Of a stretch of DNA of 64,000 bases, positions 28,817 through 38,754 are shown one piece after another. Each line of letters opens with the position of its first letter. Position 1 is the first letter of the stretch. The DNA is taken from NCBI GenBank assembly GCA_963668675.2, contig CAXXMB010000002.1, positions 1,888,001-1,952,000 on the forward strand, written 5' to 3'. The DNA is from an uncultured Desulfatitalea sp. Lineage in GTDB: Bacteria; Desulfobacterota; Desulfobacteria; Desulfobacterales; Desulfosarcinaceae. The position numbers were made by a program, and so were the translations under genes. The notes below the pieces were generated by a model. That model saw only the letters and a program-made list of their open reading frames with translations, had not been told where the DNA came from and did no database searches.

Positions 28817-30064
28817 ATGTTTGATTATCTATTAACCGAGGAGCAGAAGGGGATTCAGAAAGAGGCTCGGGCGTTTGCAAAATGGATTCCCAAAGAGCTG
28901 ATTTTGGATATGGACACCGAGAAGATTCAATTCCCTCATGAATTTTTACGTGAGGCAGGGAAAAGGGGGTTGCTCGGTGTTCGATTTCCTAAAAAGTATG
29001 GCGGGCGAGAGCTCAGTTGGATCGATGAAGGCCTGATTAACCAGGAAATTTCTGGGGTCAGTCATTCTCTGAGTTGTTTGTGGGGCGTTGGTGCCGGCTT
29101 GGTGGCTGACGCGGTCGTGAATTTCGGCAGCGAAGAAATGAAGCAGGAGATAGTGGTGCCGATCGCAAAAGGGGAGCAGTATGCAGCTGAGTGTTTGACT
29201 GAACCCAGGGGAGGGTCAGATTTTTTCGGTTCGACGACAAGAGCCAGAAAAGATGGAGAGGACTGGATTTTGAATGGGCAAAAACGGTTTATTGTTGGAG
29301 CGGAAGGAGCAGACTGGTTTATGGTTTATGCGGTTACAGACCCGGATGCGCCGCCTCATTCAAGGCTATCGGCTTTTATGGTGCCGAGAACAGAAGGCGT
29401 CGAGACCAAATATATCTATGGCTTGATGGGAACAAGAGGCGGTGGTGCCGGTAGAGTTTTCTTCAACGATGTTCGTGTGCCGGAACGGTATGTTCTTAAC
29501 GGCATCAACAGGGGCTTTGAGGTGTTCATCCATATGATGGTGCCTGAAAGACTTGGGACTGCCAATTCGGCCATTGGCGCTGTTCGACCGGCCATTGAAA
29601 TCGCAACGAAATACACTTCCAGAAGAAAGGCTTTTGGTGTGCCAATCAAGGATTTTCAGGCCGTTGGTTTTAAAGTGGCTGATTGTGTGACGCTGCACGA
29701 TGCAGCAAATTCGCTGATTTATAATACGACTCTTGCGATTGAATCGGAAACCGTTCATCCAAACCGAATACGGAGAATGGTTTCTGAAGCTAAAAAATTT
29801 GCGACAGAGAGCAGTTGGGATATTATTAACCATTGTATGCAGGTATTAGGTGGAATTGGATACACAAATGTATATCCGATAGAAAGGATCCTGAGAGACA
29901 TCCGCCTAGCAATGATTTGGACTGGAACCAACGAGATTATGCAGCTGATCATTCAGAATGAGTGGTACAAAGAATACGAAAAGGTGATTTCAAAATCGGA
30001 TAGACGTGACATTGAAATGGATGCTGAAAATTCAGACCAGGACGATGAAAAAATCTACGAATGA
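28817..30064 (+). CDS. Acyl-CoA dehydrogenase
   Basis: FPKKYGG, CLTEPRGGSD, LNGQKRFI, RKAFGVPI.DFQAV, QVLGGIGY, IWTGTNEI. Confidence 0.93.
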   Translation: MFDYLLTEEQKGIQKEARAFAKWIPKELILDMDTEKIQFPHEFLREAGKRGLLGVRFPKKYGGRELSWIDEGLINQEISGVSHSLSCLWGVGAGLVADAVVNFGSEEMKQEIVVPIAKGEQYAAECLTEPRGGSDFFGSTTRARKDGEDWILNGQKRFIVGAEGADWFMVYAVTDPDAPPHSRLSAFMVPRTEGVETKYIYGLMGTRGGGAGRVFFNDVRVPERYVLNGINRGFEVFIHMMVPERLGTANSAIGAVRPAIEIATKYTSRRKAFGVPIKDFQAVGFKVADCVTLHDAANSLIYNTTLAIESETVHPNRIRRMVSEAKKFATESSWDIINHCMQVLGGIGYTNVYPIERILRDIRLAMIWTGTNEIMQLIIQNEWYKEYEKVISKSDRRDIEMDAENSDQDDEKIYE

Positions 30065-30249
30065 TAATAAGTAATTTTCGGTTAAGTTTTTGCATCAAGA
30101 TGTTGTAACATCACAATATTGAAAAAAGCAGATGGCGATGCCCATAGTTATCGACATGCTTCATTATTGAAAAATTTTGCATTACTGTCGGTTTATAGAC
30201 ATAGTGCGCCTTTCTGTGGGTTAGATTTTGTGGTTCCAATAAGTTTATA

Positions 30250-33200
30250 TCACTTCGCCGCCATCACTTTATCCAGTTCATCCATATCATACTGCAGATC
30301 CATTTCTTCAAACAGGGTCCGGGCCTTTTCAAGGTATTCTTCTGCAGTGATGTCGTTTAGTTCTTTGGTTTTGCTGTTGGGTTCAAGGAGCCGCTTACCG
30401 ACTTCATAATATGTTCGGGACAGCTCTATTTTTGCACCGAAGACTTCACCTTCTTTTATGCTTCTTTGCCACCATTTGAGGGCTTTTTTCTGTTTGTTGA
30501 TTAGCCAGTAGTATATTCCCATGAGCTTGAAAGATTCGATTCTCTTTAAAGCCACTTTTTTTCTGGTATACGATAATGTAGCCTTTCCGCTCCGTAATGT
30601 GGCTTTACCAAATTCCTTGATATTATCTGGTTTGTCAATCAGGATTGCCTTTTCCAGCATGGACAAATTGTATAAAAACATGCCCATTAAATGATCGCAG
30701 TACCAGTCGATAAACAAAGATTCTTTCCCAACCTGCCCTATGATTGTCTCGGCTTCCTGGATTGTTTCCCGCGCTCCATCCAGATTACCTGATAAAATCT
30801 CAATTCTTGTTTTGGTCCCTAAACATTCTACTACCCTGCCGTACCATTTTGTTTTATTGGCCTGTCTGATTGCTTGATCCGCATAGTTTTGCGCATCATA
30901 AATTTCCCTCTTTTTCATTGATATTTTCGCTTTTAATAAATACACATCGGATTCGGCATGCTCAAAATTATAATCCTCGTAGATGCGGTGCAGCTTCTCT
31001 ATAATTGTTTCGCAGCCCGTAAAATCCCCCACCTCAATTTTCCCATACGCTAAATACAGCATCTGGCCTGTCGCAAATAGAAAATCACCGGCTTTTAACG
31101 CTTCGTTAATTGAACCCTCATCAATCTCTCCCTGCCAGTTGCCGATATAACTATTACAAACCATTTCGGTATTTCTATAGACATAAAGCGCTATATCCCT
31201 CCTATTATTAGCAATACTCTTCCATGAATAATCCATAAATTTTCTGGCTATTCGCAAAGATATCCCGCTGAATATAAATATCGAGCCGCCTCCTGTTAGT
31301 CCGTTAAAATAGGCTTGAGATTTTGAAATGTCATATTTGAAAGCCTGTTTAAACGCATCAACATTTTCTACAAAACATCTCCTGGTATCAGTCATAGCAA
31401 GCGCATATCCGAATTTAACCGTTCTTTGCATGATCCGGTTTTCTGCTTCAGTCGGTATTTTCTTTCTTCGGATTGAAGGCAGATACAGATGTAATAGTAT
31501 TGAAGATAGGTTTATGATTAATTTGGGAATAACAAAAATCAACGTTCTGTTTATCTTTTCCCTCCGATGGATGGCAGATCTGTCAAAGTAATCGACAGCC
31601 TCTGTATAAAAACCTTTGTTCATAAAGGCATCGGCAATATTTTCCTCCATGCCCGCAAGCGTATTATTGTCGACATCATCTCCGTGTTTTCTGATATAGA
31701 GCTCTATCGCCCTCTGATAATAGTGAAGCGCCTCACTGGATGCAGACGACTTGAGGGCTTCCTCGCCGGCTTTGAGCATGTATTTTTCCGCTTTATCCCA
31801 ATTTTCGGCATTAATGTAATGGTAGGAGAGAATCCCATAAAATTCATGCAGTCGTTCTATAAAGATTTTCTCAATGGAGTCTGCGACATTAAGGTGAATC
31901 TCCTTTCGCTTCTGGTGCAAAATTGACTCATAGGCTGCTTCCTGGGCAAGAGCATGCTTGAAGAGATACTCCAGCTCCTCCAGCCGCTTTCGCTCACGAA
32001 TGAGTTCAATCTGCTTTAAATAAGTCAGTCGGTTGTCGATCCCATCAACCGTCTTTGCCACCTCAGTGAGAATCCGGTAAAAAAAACTCCTCCCGATCAC
32101 CGAAGCAATCCTGATAAGCTCACGTGTATTTTCATCGAGCCGGTCAATCCTGGCCATCAGTACATCATTAATGGTGTGGGGAATTACCATTTTTTCTATC
32201 TTTTCAGTGACCTTAAACTCGCCATTCGCCTTAACCACGGCCCCTTCATCAATAAACGACCGCACCACTTCTTCAATGAAAAAAGGATTTCCGCCCGAAC
32301 GCAGAATGATCTGATCAACAACTGAATGTTGCAGGCCTCTGATATTCAGCATATTGTTAATAAGCATTTCGCTCATTTGTTCGTTTAACGGTTGCAGGTT
32401 GATTTCAACATAATAGACCGGAAGGTTTTCTTTGACGCTTTTTATAATTCTGTCGCCGGTTTTCGGATGATTGGGCCGAAACACATTGATAAACAGAATC
32501 CGCTGGGTTTCTGCAAGCCGGAACAGGGATTCAAGGAGTTCAATCGAGCTGGTATCCGCCCAGTGAAGGTCCTCTATAACAATCACTATCGGTGACAGCT
32601 CAGTTGATTGGATTAATAGATCCCGTACATTTTTAAAAATCAGCTTTTCAAGTGCTTCTCCTTCAATGCCCTTCACCCTTTCTGCATGTCTGCCGGAAAG
32701 CTTCATGCCCATCAGTGTTGCCACAAAAGGAAGGATTTCATTCGTATCCTCTTGACATACACTTCTGATTGCTGTTTCCAGTTTGTTCAATGCGGTCGCC
32801 GGAGTATCTTCTTCTTTAATATTAGCCCAGTTCTTTAATAGATTGATAATAGGATAAAAATTTAAATTTCTGCCAATGAAGATGGCCCTGCCTTCAAGGA
32901 AGGTAACACGGCCTACCACATCCCGGTTTTTTAACTCGGCAATCAGCCTTGATTTACCGATACCTGCCTCGCCGATTACATTGGCTACAGATCCCTCTCC
33001 GCTAGCAGCTTTAATGACTTGAAGTTCAAGCTTGGTAAGATCTTGATCTCTTCCCACCATTTCAGAAAAGATCTGCCGCTCAACGCCCTGATGGAGCTTG
33101 TTAGCGTTGGCTTTAATGAGCCCATATACATTTAAAAGTTCTTCTTTGCCTTTAACCTTTGCCTCACCTAAAGATTTAAAATCGAATTGTTGAACGGCCT

Positions 33201-33840
33201 GCTTGTAAGTGGTTGGCGAAACCAGAATTGCCCCTGGTTCCGCCATGCTCTCCATTCTGGCTGCTAAGTTGGTGGTATCGCCTATGGCAGTATAGTCCAT
33301 TCTGAGATCGTCGCCGATGGAACCTACGATCACCGGCCCTGTATTAAGCCCGATCCGCATCTTGAAATCCAATCCAAACTTTGTTTTCAGCTCTTCACTG
33401 TATTTCTTCATGGCGCTTTGTATAGATAGGGAAGCCTGGCAGGCATTTTGGGCATGGTTTTCAATGGCCACCGGCGCACCAAACAAGGCCATAACGCCGT
33501 CTCCGGTGAACTGATTAATCGTTCCCTGGTGATTGTGGATTTCATCCATCAGGATCTTGAAACACCCGTCCATGATCTGATGGACTTGTTCCGGGTCAAG
33601 TTTCTCCGAGATGGATGTAAAACCAGCCACATCGGCAAAAAGCACAGTCACCCGTTTTCGCTCGCCCTCCATAGCGCTTCGAGTGGTCAGGATCTTGTCT
33701 GCAAGGAATTTGGGGGTATAGGAATGGGGTTTACTGAAATCAATCGATAGTGTTTCTTCTGGTGTCAGCAGATTGTGGCCGCATTCCATACAGAATTTTG
33801 CATCTTCAGGATGTTCGTGCTGGCATTTCGGGCATTTCAT
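30250..33840 (-). CDS. Double zinc ribbon + class III adenylate/guanylate cyclase + STAND AAA ATPase + TPR protein
   Basis: CPKC...CMECG; VLFADVAGFTSISE, GDG, YTAIGDTTNLAARME; Walker A GEAGIGKS, IEDLHWAD, GNPFFIEE, FKHAL; helical repeats. Confidence 0.92.
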   Translation of the reverse strand: MKCPKCQHEHPEDAKFCMECGHNLLTPEETLSIDFSKPHSYTPKFLADKILTTRSAMEGERKRVTVLFADVAGFTSISEKLDPEQVHQIMDGCFKILMDEIHNHQGTINQFTGDGVMALFGAPVAIENHAQNACQASLSIQSAMKKYSEELKTKFGLDFKMRIGLNTGPVIVGSIGDDLRMDYTAIGDTTNLAARMESMAEPGAILVSPTTYKQAVQQFDFKSLGEAKVKGKEELLNVYGLIKANANKLHQGVERQIFSEMVGRDQDLTKLELQVIKAASGEGSVANVIGEAGIGKSRLIAELKNRDVVGRVTFLEGRAIFIGRNLNFYPIINLLKNWANIKEEDTPATALNKLETAIRSVCQEDTNEILPFVATLMGMKLSGRHAERVKGIEGEALEKLIFKNVRDLLIQSTELSPIVIVIEDLHWADTSSIELLESLFRLAETQRILFINVFRPNHPKTGDRIIKSVKENLPVYYVEINLQPLNEQMSEMLINNMLNIRGLQHSVVDQIILRSGGNPFFIEEVVRSFIDEGAVVKANGEFKVTEKIEKMVIPHTINDVLMARIDRLDENTRELIRIASVIGRSFFYRILTEVAKTVDGIDNRLTYLKQIELIRERKRLEELEYLFKHALAQEAAYESILHQKRKEIHLNVADSIEKIFIERLHEFYGILSYHYINAENWDKAEKYMLKAGEEALKSSASSEALHYYQRAIELYIRKHGDDVDNNTLAGMEENIADAFMNKGFYTEAVDYFDRSAIHRREKINRTLIFVIPKLIINLSSILLHLYLPSIRRKKIPTEAENRIMQRTVKFGYALAMTDTRRCFVENVDAFKQAFKYDISKSQAYFNGLTGGGSIFIFSGISLRIARKFMDYSWKSIANNRRDIALYVYRNTEMVCNSYIGNWQGEIDEGSINEALKAGDFLFATGQMLYLAYGKIEVGDFTGCETIIEKLHRIYEDYNFEHAESDVYLLKAKISMKKREIYDAQNYADQAIRQANKTKWYGRVVECLGTKTRIEILSGNLDGARETIQEAETIIGQVGKESLFIDWYCDHLMGMFLYNLSMLEKAILIDKPDNIKEFGKATLRSGKATLSYTRKKVALKRIESFKLMGIYYWLINKQKKALKWWQRSIKEGEVFGAKIELSRTYYEVGKRLLEPNSKTKELNDITAEEYLEKARTLFEEMDLQYDMDELDKVMAAK

Positions 33841-34222
33841 TTTTAATCACCAGGGTCGGAATTGTTCTATTAATTTTTCAAAGAGAAAAATATGAACAAA
33901 AATATAAACCTGGGCGGGAGTACTGGTCGAATTAGATTTGCATATTAAAGAACTTTAAAAGTAGAGGAAATGAATTTATCCTGCCCTGCATGGATAGATT
34001 GTGGATAGCTTAGGCCGTAACAACAGAATTTGTCAAGAATTCCTTCTCGTTAGACATTTAAGGATGGTAGAGTCGCTTCTCAACCACTGCAGCTTGCTTG
34101 CTATCATTAGTGTTCGGTAACCGGACACTAATGAAGAGCGCTGATAAAATATTTTGGGATAGATAGAAGGGATTTATCTCTTCAAGTTGGAAATGCGTTT
34201 GGAATCTACAAATCAGGAAAAT

Positions 34223-34260
34223 AAAAAGGGCTTAGATTTTTTAACTAAGCCCTTGTTTTT
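34223..34260 (-). terminator. Terminator downstream of the tRNA 3' fragment
   Basis: aaaaagggcttag-attttttaa-ctaagcccttgttttt hairpin directly after the CCA end on the minus strand. Confidence 0.75.
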
Positions 34261-34265
34261 ATTGT

Positions 34266-34312
34266 TGGTGATCCCAAGGGGACTTGAACCCCTGTTACCG
34301 GCGTGAGAGGCC
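34266..34312 (-). tRNA. 3' half of tRNA-Glu(CTC); att site of an integrated island
   Basis: Minus strand reads ggcctCTCacgccggtaacaggggttcaagtccccttgggatcaCCA: anticodon arm, T arm and acceptor 3' strand. The D arm and the 5' acceptor strand (gatccca) are absent. Confidence 0.88.
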
Positions 34313-34879
34313 AGATATTGAAATCAACATAACATCTTGAAATGACCCAATTCTTCATACTTATCAAAATGTTATGCATCCTTCTGTTGAGTTCATTGTG
34401 TTCATTATCCAACAAGAAGTTCATGGCTGCGTGCAGAATATAGTCATACTTTTCACCATACCTACCAAAAAAATATGGCATTGATCTCTCCTTTTTTGTT
34501 GATCCATCCAGCGCCCGATAGGCATTTCCTTATCGACTAACAAATTCAAATTTCTTCCAGCATGGTCTTCAATTAATTTGCCAAGGTTCATGTCCACCTT
34601 TGTCCACTTACGTTTTAGAAAATTGTATGATTTATTTAAATCCAGAGTTAGCACCATTCGAAGACGGGGTGGAGGCCTCCTTGGCTGGAACCTAAGATAT
34701 CCAACAGGACTGGTGCGCGAACTCAAGCCGACTTCTATCCTGAATGCAGTGAAAAGGTGAAAGTACCTGCGTCTTTCGGGCTGTCGCTATCTTCCAGATA
34801 CCGGCCGGATATCTACCGAGCCGGTTTTTTTATGCTCTATCTACAACATAGGAGGCAAAGAGAACTCGCGGTCCATTGA

Positions 34880-34906
34880 GGGACAAATGGGACTGATGGG
34901 ACAAAT
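34880..34906 (+). repeat. 3 x 9-bp tandem repeat GGGAC(A/T)(A/G)AT
   Basis: gggacaaat gggactgat gggacaaat, upstream of the P4-type helicase gene. Confidence 0.7.
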
Positions 34907-34970
34907 CTATCAACAACTTTTTATTTTTCTAACCGGGGGTCGCTGATGACCCCCATTTCATTAAAGGAGC

Positions 34971-36425
34971 ATGTTTATGGTTACTAAAGACAATTTGGAA
35001 AAACGTTTGGACCAAGTCGCGGAGGTCTCTGCCGTGGAACAGGCGTTGGAAGTCGCTGGTAAGGATCAAGTTCCGCCGGACACTATAGAGGAACAGACAC
35101 CGTCGGACGATGCCGAAAAAGGGGCGCCCAATGATGATCCTCAGCCAAAATCATCCAATGACCTGGGTAACGCCGAAAGACTGGTCGAGAGATTCGGCCA
35201 TGAGATTCGGTTCTGCCCAGAAACCAAACGCTGGTACGTGTATCGTCAGGGTCGATGGATTCAAGATTCTGGCGGTAGATTGTTCAGGATGGCCTTCAAG
35301 ATCGCTAAAAGTACAAAGGAAGAAAAGCTGGCCTCCAAGGGGGGGCTGAAAGCAATGATTGAACTGGCCAGATGGTTTCCAGGCATCTGCGTTCCTGTCG
35401 GGGAAATGGATAGCAACCCATGGTTGCTGAACTGCCAGAACAATACCCTCGACCTTCGGACCGGAGATCTGAGGCCCCATGACCCAAGCGACTTGATTAC
35501 AAAGATCTTGCCGGTCAACTACGAGCCGGATGCCACTTGTCCTACCTGGGAGGCAACCATCCATAAAATCATGGGTGGTGATGAAGAAAAAATTGGCTTC
35601 CTTAAGCGGGTCTTTGGTTATGGAATGACCGGGGTTATCACTGAACAATGTCTGTTTGTGCTTTATGGCTCAGGAGCCAATGGGAAGTCAACAATCCTGG
35701 AAGTCTTCCGAGAACTTCTGTCTGGCTACGCCATGCATACAACCACGGCTTCGTTGCTTGGGTCGTCTGGGTCACCGATTAGAAACGATCTGGCCCGGCT
35801 CAATGGTTCACGGTTTGTATCGGCATCGGAAGTCGGCATGGGGAAAAAGCTCGATGAGGCCCTGATCAAGCAGCTTACCGGCGGGGACCAAGTGACCGCC
35901 CGCTTCTTGTACAATGAGTTCTTCGAATACAAGCCAGAATTCAAGTTGTTTATCGCGGCCAACCACAAGCCGGAAATCCAAGGCGTCGATCACGGCATCT
36001 GGCGCCGCATCCATCTGATCCCCTTCCATGTGACGATTCCGACCGAGGAAATTGACAGGGATCTCCCCAGCAAACTGCGGGCGGAGCTTCCTGGGATTCT
36101 TGCCTGGGCGGTCAAAGGCTGCCGTGAGTGGCAGGAGCAGGGATTGAACGTGCCTGCTTCAATTTTCAATGCCACCGCCGCCTATCGTTCCGAGATGGAC
36201 ATTATCGCCGAATTTCTTACCGACTGTTGCACTTTGCAAACCAGCGAGAAAACGCCATTGGGAACTCTATATGCTGCATACGCGGAGTGGGCCGGCAATG
36301 CCTGCCAGGACGCCGTGGGCAAAAAAATCTTCGGGAACCTGATGCGCCAAAAGGGTTATGATCAGTCTAAAAGCGGTGGTGTACGTTATTGGAATGGTCT
36401 CAAGCTGGACGCTAATCAGCAGTAA
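34971..36425 (+). CDS. Phage/plasmid P4-family (D5-like, SF3) helicase, without an evident primase domain
   Basis: NDLGNAERL, LLNCQNNTLDLRTG.LRPHDP.DLITK, Walker A YGSGANGKST, IKQLTGGDQVTARFLY, NHKPEI...DHGIWRR. Confidence 0.9.
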   Translation: MFMVTKDNLEKRLDQVAEVSAVEQALEVAGKDQVPPDTIEEQTPSDDAEKGAPNDDPQPKSSNDLGNAERLVERFGHEIRFCPETKRWYVYRQGRWIQDSGGRLFRMAFKIAKSTKEEKLASKGGLKAMIELARWFPGICVPVGEMDSNPWLLNCQNNTLDLRTGDLRPHDPSDLITKILPVNYEPDATCPTWEATIHKIMGGDEEKIGFLKRVFGYGMTGVITEQCLFVLYGSGANGKSTILEVFRELLSGYAMHTTTASLLGSSGSPIRNDLARLNGSRFVSASEVGMGKKLDEALIKQLTGGDQVTARFLYNEFFEYKPEFKLFIAANHKPEIQGVDHGIWRRIHLIPFHVTIPTEEIDRDLPSKLRAELPGILAWAVKGCREWQEQGLNVPASIFNATAAYRSEMDIIAEFLTDCCTLQTSEKTPLGTLYAAYAEWAGNACQDAVGKKIFGNLMRQKGYDQSKSGGVRYWNGLKLDANQQ

Positions 36426-36617
36426 CGAATATCAACATTCAGTGTAGGCAATTGCGGCTCCCGCATGGGGGCCTTTTTTGTTTCAACAATCTGAAATCTC
36501 CGAAGGGGGTGGTCGAATTGAGTGTTTAAGCCTTATCGAAAAGTATTAATTGGTGGGCCGATCCGATTTCCGGGTCGGCCTTTTTGTTTACATTGTTTTA
36601 CGAAAGGAAATTCAATT

Positions 36618-38135
36618 ATGGATCAATCACAAACAGTCGACCAAAAGGGTCGCGAAGTACAACATGAAGACATTATAACTGATATGCCTGCAACTAACAC
36701 AGGCGTTATACCGGATACGACTACCCCCCCGACAGTGTTCGCGGGGAATTCCGATCCTATCAATCAATTCATCGAATGGCCGGTTATTCGGCCTGATGGG
36801 GCGTTGCAACCGATACAATATCCAGCAGTCGGTCATCTACTGTCCAATGGGGTCGACCCCGGTAATATTCAGGCAGCTAATCTGACTTTCATGGCCATGC
36901 TGTCTGCCCGATTGGGATATCCCATTTCTGCCATGCTCGAGCCGGATGACGCCCAGGGAGCTGTTCAGCTACTGGACCAATGCCTAAAAATCGTTCCGGC
37001 GGATGCGGTCATCGAGTTTCCGGAGCTCAGGCCCGAACACCTTTACATAGATGGTGGAAGGCGACTCGACGGCAAGTGCATCATCAGTCCAATCGAAAAT
37101 GGTTTTGGCAAGGCTTCCCGGGATCTGGAACTGATTCTCACCCGCGGCCATACAATCAGTCAGGAAGTTGCTAAGGGCAAATACGAGGTTGGACTGTCCG
37201 AACATCGATCCGCGATGCACGTGTCAGTACTCGGCATTAATGGCGGCAAGCCTGGTAAAGGGCTCAGCCTCCCTTCAGTGCTAAAAATTCCTGTCGGCAC
37301 CAACCCGGGGGCCATACTACCCGGCAGGCCTGACGTATTCGAACGATATGGCTTGATTCGTTCGCCGCTGTTCAAGCTGCGAAAAACCTTTCAACGGTTA
37401 AGGGCACAGCCGGTTGCCATTCCCTACGAACAGCAACTGGCCACGGCCTTGATTGAAAGTGGTAGCGACCATGTGCTCGAAAAGATAGCTATTCTGAAAA
37501 ATCTGGTTTCTATCTGTGCCATTGTCAGCAATCCCCATCCAGTCGAGATGGCCGAACTGGGAGCTATGATTTATAGCACCGATGAAAACGAGGTCAGACG
37601 CTGGCTTATCGATTCGGGTCTCGCAAAAGGTCCGCAACCGATAACCAGTGAACCGATCGTCGCTACGAAGGTCGATTATTACCTGGCCCGCCTGCTACTC
37701 GATGGGGTCCTGCTATCCGGCCCCACGCGCTATACCGATCGCCAACGACAGGTTTTCGAGACGGTCAAGGCCATCAACATGGGGAAGATGAGCACATCGA
37801 TCCTTACAAAAGGGGATGAGGTTGAAACCCTGGCCGCCATATCAAGAAGTTCCGGCTGTTGGGCTACCCGTGAAAAAGTATTCGAGGAGATCAACAAGAC
37901 CGGCTATGTTTTTTCATTGTCCAGCGTGAATAAGGACCTTGCAACTCTCCTTGAACTGGGAGTACTTGAGCGCGCTAAACCGGTCAAGAGTCGCTTTTAC
38001 GGCTACTATATCACCACGAGCACATTGAGCGAAACTATCCAATTGCCAGCGCCTAATACTATCCAGGACCCAGTATATGAGGGAAAGGATGTACTGGTTG
38101 TCAATCCGTTCACCGGAGAGGTCGAGAAAATTTGA
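36618..38135 (+). CDS. Hypothetical protein; degenerate P-loop domain resembling the ATPase part of island primase-helicases, with a C-terminal wHTH-like region
   Basis: FMAMLSARLGYPISAML..., ELRPEHLYI...LDGKCII, ASRDLELILTRGHTI recall that family, but no GKS/T is present. Start trimmed to ATG 36618 (AAGGA RBS). Confidence 0.55.
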   Translation: MDQSQTVDQKGREVQHEDIITDMPATNTGVIPDTTTPPTVFAGNSDPINQFIEWPVIRPDGALQPIQYPAVGHLLSNGVDPGNIQAANLTFMAMLSARLGYPISAMLEPDDAQGAVQLLDQCLKIVPADAVIEFPELRPEHLYIDGGRRLDGKCIISPIENGFGKASRDLELILTRGHTISQEVAKGKYEVGLSEHRSAMHVSVLGINGGKPGKGLSLPSVLKIPVGTNPGAILPGRPDVFERYGLIRSPLFKLRKTFQRLRAQPVAIPYEQQLATALIESGSDHVLEKIAILKNLVSICAIVSNPHPVEMAELGAMIYSTDENEVRRWLIDSGLAKGPQPITSEPIVATKVDYYLARLLLDGVLLSGPTRYTDRQRQVFETVKAINMGKMSTSILTKGDEVETLAAISRSSGCWATREKVFEEINKTGYVFSLSSVNKDLATLLELGVLERAKPVKSRFYGYYITTSTLSETIQLPAPNTIQDPVYEGKDVLVVNPFTGEVEKI

Positions 38136-38286
38136 AAATTTAAAGTTTTCTCGATTTTTCCCAGTTTTTGACTAAACCGGTAAAACTTGAAATCCAGCCC
38201 GGCAGGGCATTTGTGGAAGGCCAGTCTCCAAACATGGGGATTGGCCTTTCGCATTTCAAACCAATTCATTTCAAAGGAGAAAATTT

Positions 38287-38754
38287 ATGTTTAACATGTC
38301 GTTTTTGACCAAAGGGAACTATCCCTACCTTATCGAAGCTTGTCCATCTTGGGATAATGATCCTCCGTATCCCACGCATACCCATGGCCTGTATGAAATT
38401 GGATTGCCAGAATTTATCATGGCCCCCTTATCGTTCGGCGGGGAAGGCAATGCGCAAAGGATCAATTCAGCGTATGACCATTTGATCGATCCGAAAAACG
38501 CACAGAATTTGGCAGCCGTCCTCAATGGGCAGGTCGTCCAACTTACCGGACCACAACTCGATCCAATATATATGAAAGATGATCCGTACGTTTATTGTCT
38601 TCGTGAAGTGCCGGCAAGTTTTGAGGCTGTCAGACAGGCATACGGATCCGGGGTCGCACATCTTGATCCACCCATGCAGTTCATACAGATCTGGATTGAT
38701 GGGGATGATTACGCCCTGACCGATGAATATTACCGGGGAGGTGTAGCATGGTAA
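38287..38754 (+). CDS. Hypothetical protein (possibly DUF4262-like)
   Basis: AAGGAG RBS; YPTHTHGLYEIGLPEFIM motif. Confidence 0.65.
   Translation: MFNMSFLTKGNYPYLIEACPSWDNDPPYPTHTHGLYEIGLPEFIMAPLSFGGEGNAQRINSAYDHLIDPKNAQNLAAVLNGQVVQLTGPQLDPIYMKDDPYVYCLREVPASFEAVRQAYGSGVAHLDPPMQFIQIWIDGDDYALTDEYYRGGVAW

Noticed and set aside
34266..34345. Complete functional tRNA-Glu gene
   Set aside because: The 5' acceptor strand and D arm are missing; only the 3' ~47 nt are tRNA-like.
34421..34760. Small ORFs next to the att site as integrase or excisionase
   Set aside because: No tyrosine/serine recombinase or HTH motifs; overlapping, weak starts.
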